From contig JBHGNT010000155.1 of NCBI GenBank assembly GCA_043228905.1, forward strand, positions 1-64,000: a stretch of DNA of 64,000 nt. Direction: 5' to 3'. The translations under genes and the position numbers were made by a program. Under the pieces are notes generated by a model. That model was not told the origin of the DNA. It saw nothing but the letters and a program-made list of their open reading frames with translations, and ran no database searches. Each line of letters opens with the position of its first letter. Position 1 is the stretch's first letter. Positions 58,123 to 64,000 of this stretch are shown here, piece by piece. The DNA is from Azolla caroliniana (Eukaryota; Plantae; Polypodiophyta).

Positions 58123-61100
58123 GTCCAGCCAAAATAGGAGCCGTTTGGTTGGACAGCCCTAGATCTGTGCAGCCCATTAGTGGTTCCATTCCCTCTAAGC
58201 AAGTTAGTGATGTGTTCGTAGCCCAAGTAGCAGTTAGTACTAAAAGTACCCCTCCAGTACATACCTTAGCCCTTCTAGATTCCGGAGCTAATTCTTGCTT
58301 CATGGATAGGAATTTTGCCCGAGCTCATCAGATATCTCTCAGAAAGCTCCCATGTCCAGCCTCAGTAGTAGTCATTGATGGTCGTCCCATTGCTTCTGGT
58401 AATATCATAGAAGAGTCGGAACCCGTTAATATTGTCCTAGATAACTTAACATGTGTAGTATCATTTAATATTATTAGTATTCCAGAACACCCCATAGTTT
58501 TAGGATTACCATGGTTCGAGTTACATAACCCAGACATAGATTGGAGGACAAGGGAAATCCGGTTGCGACAAACCCAAGGATCTACCCAGAAGGTTGCAAC
58601 CATTTCGCTACGTCAGTTGCGTGAGGAAGGGCGCAAGGAGGAAATGTTTCTCTTCGCAATATCAGTACAACCCTCCAGCACCACCAAAGAGGAGTCCACC
58701 GTTCAACTTCCCGAGAAGTATCGTCAGTATGCTGATGTGTTCGATAAAGTACAAGCCAACACACTTCCTCATCATCGGCCGTACGATTGCGCCATCGACT
58801 TACAACCGGGAAAAGAGCCGCCATGGGGGCCGATCTACAATTTGTCACCAACCGAGCTAGAAGTCCTTCGAGCCTATATAGAGGAGAATTTGGAGAACGG
58901 TTTCATTCGGCATTCGAAATCTCCAGCCGGCGCACCCATTTTCTTCGTCAAGAAAAAAGATGGCTCGCTTCGACTCGTTGTAGATTACCGTGGCTTGAAT
59001 AAGGTCACAGTAAGAAATAGGTATGCTCTTCCCCTTATCTCAAGTCTTTTAGAACGGATCAACGGTGCCAGGTTCTTCACGAAGATCGACTTACGAGGAG
59101 CCTATAACCTCGTACGGATCCGACCAGGAGATGAATGGAAGACCGCGTTTCGCACCAGATATGGGCACTTCGAGTATACGGTCATGCCGTTCGGACTCAC
59201 TAATGCGCCGGCAGTCTTCCAGCACATGGCGAATGATATATTTCGAGATCTCTTGGATGATTTTTTGATCATCTATTTGGATGATCTACTGGTTTATTCA
59301 AAGACCCAAGAAGAACATGATTCTCATGTACTATTAGTACTAAAACGACTTCGAGAACATGGTGTGTATGCAAAGTTAGAGAAATGTAGTTTCGGGTGCA
59401 ACCAAGTGGAATTTCTCGGCTATGTCATCTCCTCAGAAGGCATATCTATGGACCCAGCCAAGGTCAAAACGGTGATAGAATGGCACACTCCGCATTCGGT
59501 GCGGGATGTGCAATGCTTCCTAGGCTTTGCAAATTTTTACCGGAAGTTCATACAAAATTACTCAAAAATTGTGCTGCCTCTCACACAGCTCACCAGGAAG
59601 GGACAATCATTCATTTGGTCTAAAGAGACGGACATGGCTTTCGAGAGTCTTAAGAAGGCGTTTACATCAGCTCCAATTTTAGGTCATGTGGATCCGGAAA
59701 AACCATTCATTATCGAAGTTGACGCATCGGATTTCGCATTGGGGAGCATTCTGTCACAACAGGGTAACGACGAGAAGCTACATCCTGTGGCTTTCCACTC
59801 CCGTAAGTTTGACGCCGCCGAAATCAACTACGAAATTCATGATAAAGAGCTATTAGCAATAGTTGATTCTTTTATGCAATGGAGGCATTTCCTGGAGGGA
59901 TCTCCTCATCAGGTCACTGTATTCAGTGACCACAAGAACCTTGCCTACTTTCAAGATGCTCGTGTACTGAATCGACGTCAAGCTCGGTGGGCCCACTTCC
60001 TCACACGCTTCGACTTCAAAATTACATATCGTCCGGGGAAGCACCAAGGGAAGGCAGATGCATTATCACGGCGTTCGTATCTAACACCACGTCCCGGTGA
60101 GCCAGCTTTCGATAACCAGAAGCAAGTAATCTTGGGTCCAGCACGACTGCAAGCAGCACAGGTCTTTGACATGCCCGTGGATTCCGACATTACCAATACT
60201 ATACGTGAGGACTTGAAGACTGACGCTTTCGCCCAAGCTATACTAGCACAAATTGACCCCTCTCGAGCGTCATGTTCACAATCACAATCACCAGGTACGG
60301 ATTATCGGCAATTCAAATACTGTGATGGATTACTCTTCTTTAAAGAACTTTTGTATGTTCCTAATGGTTCTTGCCGCCTTCGAGTAGTACAAAATTGCCA
60401 TGACACATATACAGCAGGACATTTTGGTAGTACTAAAACATTAGATTTAGTACAACGATCATTCTGGTGGCCCCGTATGCGACAATTTGTCGAAGATTTT
60501 GTTCGGACTTGCGATACATGCTGCAGAGCGAAAATGCCAAGACATCATCCATATGGTTTATTAGAACCATTACCAATTCCAAGCAAGCCATGGCAATCCA
60601 TTGCTCTTGACTTCATTACAGATCTTCCAGTCTCTAAGGGATTCAGTGCGATTCTCACAGTGGTGGATCGATATACGAAGATGGCTCATTTCTTACCATG
60701 TACTAAAGAAATATCTAGTGAAGACACCGCCGAAATTGTCATGCGGGAAGTATGTCGGCATCATGGACTCCCTGATAATATCATCAGCGATCGTGGACCC
60801 CAGTTTGTGTCAAAATTCTGGAAGCACCTTTTTAAAATGCTGAAGGTCACTTGTAACCTCTCCTCCGGCTACCACCCACAAACCGACGGTCAAGCCGAAC
60901 GAACAAATCAAACACTGGAGCAGTATCTGTGGTGCTTTCTCAACTATCATCAGAATGACTGGGCAGATATTCTTCAGTTCGCCGAATTTGCCTATAATAA
61001 CGCTATCCACGCATCGACTAAAGTCACGCCATTCTACGCTTATACGGGATATCATCCCCGATGGTGTGTCCTTGAAACCCCAGAAGTGTCCACAAATCCT

Positions 61101-61706
61101 TGCGCGGAGGATCGTTTGGAGCGGTTACGCAAGATACAAGCGGATTTATCTACTCAACTCCAGCAAGCTCAACAATCACACAAGGACTACGCAGATCGTC
61201 ATCGACTTCCATCCAGTTTTAACATTGGAGATCGGGTGTGGCTGCTACGACGACACATCAAGACTACTCGCCCATGTGAGAAGTTGGATTATCGGCGATT
61301 AGGTCCTTTCCGTATTATCGGGAAGATTAATGATGTCGCTTTTCGTCTCGAGCTACCTCCGCAACTTCGGATACATCCGGTGTTTCATAGTTCTCTCCTC
61401 GAACCCTATCACGAGAGCACTATCCCAGGACGTACTATACAACCACCACCTCCTATCGAGCTCGAAGATGGACCTGAATATGAGGTCGCTGCCATCCTCG
61501 ATTCCAAGATTGTTCGCAACAAGCTCTACTATCTAGTCGATTGGCTAGGATATAGTCCCAGCGAGCGTACTTGGGAACCGATCGAGAATGTGACCAATGC
61601 TCGTGCTCTTCTAGAAGACTTCCATCGACGATATCCCGAGAAACCGGGTCCTCAATCCAAAACGACTCGTGGAACTCGTCGTTTTAAAGGGGGGATAGTG
61701 TCATAA
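58110..61706 (+). CDS. pol: Chromovirus pol (PR-RT-RH-INT-chromodomain), -1 frame to gag
   Basis: LLDSGA, YLDDLL, DASDFALG, ISDRGPQF, GPF, and chromodomain YEVAAILDS..YLVDWLGY..TWEP. The frame is open from 58110. Confidence 0.95.
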   Translation, partial: VKRLSPAKIGAVWLDSPRSVQPISGSIPSKQVSDVFVAQVAVSTKSTPPVHTLALLDSGANSCFMDRNFARAHQISLRKLPCPASVVVIDGRPIASGNIIEESEPVNIVLDNLTCVVSFNIISIPEHPIVLGLPWFELHNPDIDWRTREIRLRQTQGSTQKVATISLRQLREEGRKEEMFLFAISVQPSSTTKEESTVQLPEKYRQYADVFDKVQANTLPHHRPYDCAIDLQPGKEPPWGPIYNLSPTELEVLRAYIEENLENGFIRHSKSPAGAPIFFVKKKDGSLRLVVDYRGLNKVTVRNRYALPLISSLLERINGARFFTKIDLRGAYNLVRIRPGDEWKTAFRTRYGHFEYTVMPFGLTNAPAVFQHMANDIFRDLLDDFLIIYLDDLLVYSKTQEEHDSHVLLVLKRLREHGVYAKLEKCSFGCNQVEFLGYVISSEGISMDPAKVKTVIEWHTPHSVRDVQCFLGFANFYRKFIQNYSKIVLPLTQLTRKGQSFIWSKETDMAFESLKKAFTSAPILGHVDPEKPFIIEVDASDFALGSILSQQGNDEKLHPVAFHSRKFDAAEINYEIHDKELLAIVDSFMQWRHFLEGSPHQVTVFSDHKNLAYFQDARVLNRRQARWAHFLTRFDFKITYRPGKHQGKADALSRRSYLTPRPGEPAFDNQKQVILGPARLQAAQVFDMPVDSDITNTIREDLKTDAFAQAILAQIDPSRASCSQSQSPGTDYRQFKYCDGLLFFKELLYVPNGSCRLRVVQNCHDTYTAGHFGSTKTLDLVQRSFWWPRMRQFVEDFVRTCDTCCRAKMPRHHPYGLLEPLPIPSKPWQSIALDFITDLPVSKGFSAILTVVDRYTKMAHFLPCTKEISSEDTAEIVMREVCRHHGLPDNIISDRGPQFVSKFWKHLFKMLKVTCNLSSGYHPQTDGQAERTNQTLEQYLWCFLNYHQNDWADILQFAEFAYNNAIHASTKVTPFYAYTGYHPRWCVLETPEVSTNPCAEDRLERLRKIQADLSTQLQQAQQSHKDYADRHRLPSSFNIGDRVWLLRRHIKTTRPCEKLDYRRLGPFRIIGKINDVAFRLELPPQLRIHPVFHSSLLEPYHESTIPGRTIQPPPPIELEDGPEYEVAAILDSKIVRNKLYYLVDWLGYSPSERTWEPIENVTNARALLEDFHRRYPEKPGPQSKTTRGTRRFKGGIVS

Positions 61707-61984
61707 CTAGACCCGAACCCATAACCTTTTGTTACACGGGTCGAGACTTTACCATTAGGTTATGAATTGTAATTTGAAGGATATTATTTTCATTTAGGTT
61801 TTATTGGGAAATTGATGTATATTCCAGATTTCTCTGGAACATTCTAGAAACTTCAGGAGTATTCCTGAAGACACTATAAAAGGAGGCGCAAGGCATTAGT
61901 TCGAACCAAATCGGTTCAACGCCAGTCTTAAGCCTTCTAACTACTGTTGTATATCTTCCTTCATATAATACATATATCTTTCGC

Positions 61985-62024
<40 letters not shown>

Positions 62025-63427
62025 ACTCATTCCTTCTCTCAAAGTTCGACACCTCTCATAGTACTAATCCTTCTCTGTCTTAGTACTATTCCCCAACAAT
62101 AGTACTAATCCTTCTTTTAGTACTAATTCCTTCTCTGCCTTAATAGAGTTCCTGACACTTTGTATGTGCTTGGTTCGGGAGTGGTACAGAACATTCTTCA
62201 GTAGATGTATGGCGCTTTAGCTGTCACAATAAAATAGGAACTCCATTTGTTTCATTCCCAACTCATAGAGAAATTTTCTCATCCAAATCAGCTCTTTTCC
62301 AGCCTCTACTGGAACCCCTTCACCACAATGCAGGCTTTATATATGGGTTTGTTGTCGACTTCTCCAATCTTCACCTTGTAGACCCATTTATTTTTGAGTG
62401 TGCTCTTACCTTTTGGTAGCTCCACCAAGTCGTAAGTATAATTCTCGTGCAAAGAGTCCATCTCTCTTGCATCGTAACCTGCCAGTTCTCATTGTACTCG
62501 TCGACAATGGCTTCATCATAGCACTCGGGTTCACCTTCATCAGTCAAGAGGATATATTGACTGGCATATGTAGTCGGTGCTCTTCTTTCTCTGAGTGGGT
62601 ATCTTCTTCCACTCGTTGTCCGCTCCTGACTCGTATTCCTCGATCGACTTCAATAGGTCCACCAACTCCCACTCATCTATATTGGTTGGTTGCTCCGAGT
62701 CAACCGACTCGGATTCAACTTAGCCGACCGGCAATCTCCCAACAGATTGTGTTGGTTCACTTAGCCTTAAGTTGGTAGTAGTGGGAGTTGACTAGGTAGT
62801 CGATTCCGACTTTTGTTGCTTCCAGTCCTAAATAGTATTTTCTTCCAAGAAGACAACGTCCCGAATCCTCACTACTTTCTTGTCGACTAAGTCCCACAAC
62901 CTGTAGCCGAACTTGTCCTTCGAGTATCCCATGAATATGCATGGTTTCGACTTGTTGTCGAGCTTCGACCTCTGATCCTTAGCCACATGCATATACACCA
63001 GACATCCGAACACCCTCAGGTGTTGGTAGGAGACATCCTTTCCTATCCACACCCTCTGTGGGATATCACCTTTCAATGATCATATAAACAAATGTGTACA
63101 TCGCCTCAACCCAATAAGATTTCGGCAACTTAGCATGCAACAACATGCTCCTTCCTTTCTCCATGATCGTTCGATTCATCCTATTTGCAAGAACATTCAA
63201 TTCAGGTGTCTTCGATACAATGTATTCAATTCGAATACCTTGGGCCTTGCATTGTCCTTTGAAGATGCAAGGTGAATATAAAGGGCAATTTGAAGAATAC
63301 TTGATCCTTCTACTTCAGTACAAAGGCCCATGGCTTCCGGCTATAGTCGTCAATAAACATTACGAAGTACTGTCCACCTCGATACGATGGAGCATCTACA
63401 TAGCACACATTCGTGTGTACTAGTTCC

Positions 63428-64000
63428 AGTGCCCAACTTATGCCGAGATACGAGTGGAATACCAAGACATATTAGGACCCTCTCCCACCCTCTCCAAACT
63501 ATTAGATACCCTGGATGTAGAGAGACTAGGTAGGTATATCCTAGAGCTAAAACAACATAGGGAGAATAAATTACAAAGTGTGAACCATAACCCTTTTACT
63601 ATTCATCAACTTGTAACTAGTGTAATTTTTCAGGAACAAGGGGAGACGATGAATGTGGATACACTTATGCCGCTCGGCCTCTCTCTTGAGGAAGCCGAAA
63701 TGCAAAGAACAACCAAACGCCCTCGGATGTTGGGCTTCAAAACAAGTCGACACGGAGTAGAAAGGATTAAGAAGATAAGGGAACATGAGCTACGTCGACT
63801 AGAAGCTATGGTTGGGGTACCTTTTACATTGGGGCCACGGGCCACATCCACATCGAAACCCTTTGACCTCTCGCTTCTCTTCGAGAGACTTGGATGGAAA
63901 TGAAATTAGGCCTAGTATAACATCATTTTCATTTTAGAACATGTTTGTTATTTTTATTTTACTAGAACTATTTAGCTTAAAACTCTATTTTTATTTTTAT
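63428..64000 (+). mobile_element. Short 5'-truncated LINE copy (same family as 53.6-56.1 kb)
   Basis: Closely matches ~55420-55985. Begins abruptly inside the Copia-5 integrase and runs off the window. Confidence 0.9.

Larger units (their letters stand above)
56412..62157 (+). mobile_element. Intact chromovirus Ty3/Gypsy (Tcn1/Tf1-like), very recent insertion
   Basis: LTRs 56412-56874 and 61699-62157 differ only in the (CT)n tract and about 1 substitution. TSD CTTTG (56407-56411 / 62158-62162). PPT AAAGGGGGGATAG. Uninterrupted gag and pol. Confidence 0.97.
56106..63427 (-). mobile_element. Old, internally deleted Ty1/Copia (Copia-5) hosting the chromovirus
   Basis: LTR remnant to 56232 plus PPT. 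RNase H end (56245-56411, continued at 62163-62310). INT C-terminus HLRVFGC...KPCIFMGY...GYRLWD at 62828-63076. Confidence 0.8.

Overview
Eukaryotic, plant-type DNA, probably from a non-seed land plant (inferred from the Tcn1-like chromovirus and the fungal-looking Ty3/Gypsy RT). Most of the window is nested retrotransposon sequence. The only host genes recognised are two tandem, intronless purine-permease (PUP) family genes at 16.2-21.7 kb. TE content: five Ty1/Copia elements plus two solo LTRs, four LINE pieces, one hAT-type MITE and several Ty3/Gypsy elements. The most notable points are: (i) a Gypsy family (two inverted half-copies plus an old relic) with a tRNA-Trp PBS, a gag-protease ORF and a conserved GGAUUUU -1 frameshift site with an H-type pseudoknot, an alpharetrovirus-like layout; (ii) two divergent Athila-like elements sharing a large coiled-coil accessory ORF with a conserved IDES..W..W..AAELQLLRAD block, and a non-purine motif in place of the PPT; (iii) an intact, very young, self-priming chromovirus with a GUUAAAC frameshift hairpin; (iv) one LTR-less junction at 41297/41298 that can explain six truncated elements. 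All calls were made by eye; no database searches were run.
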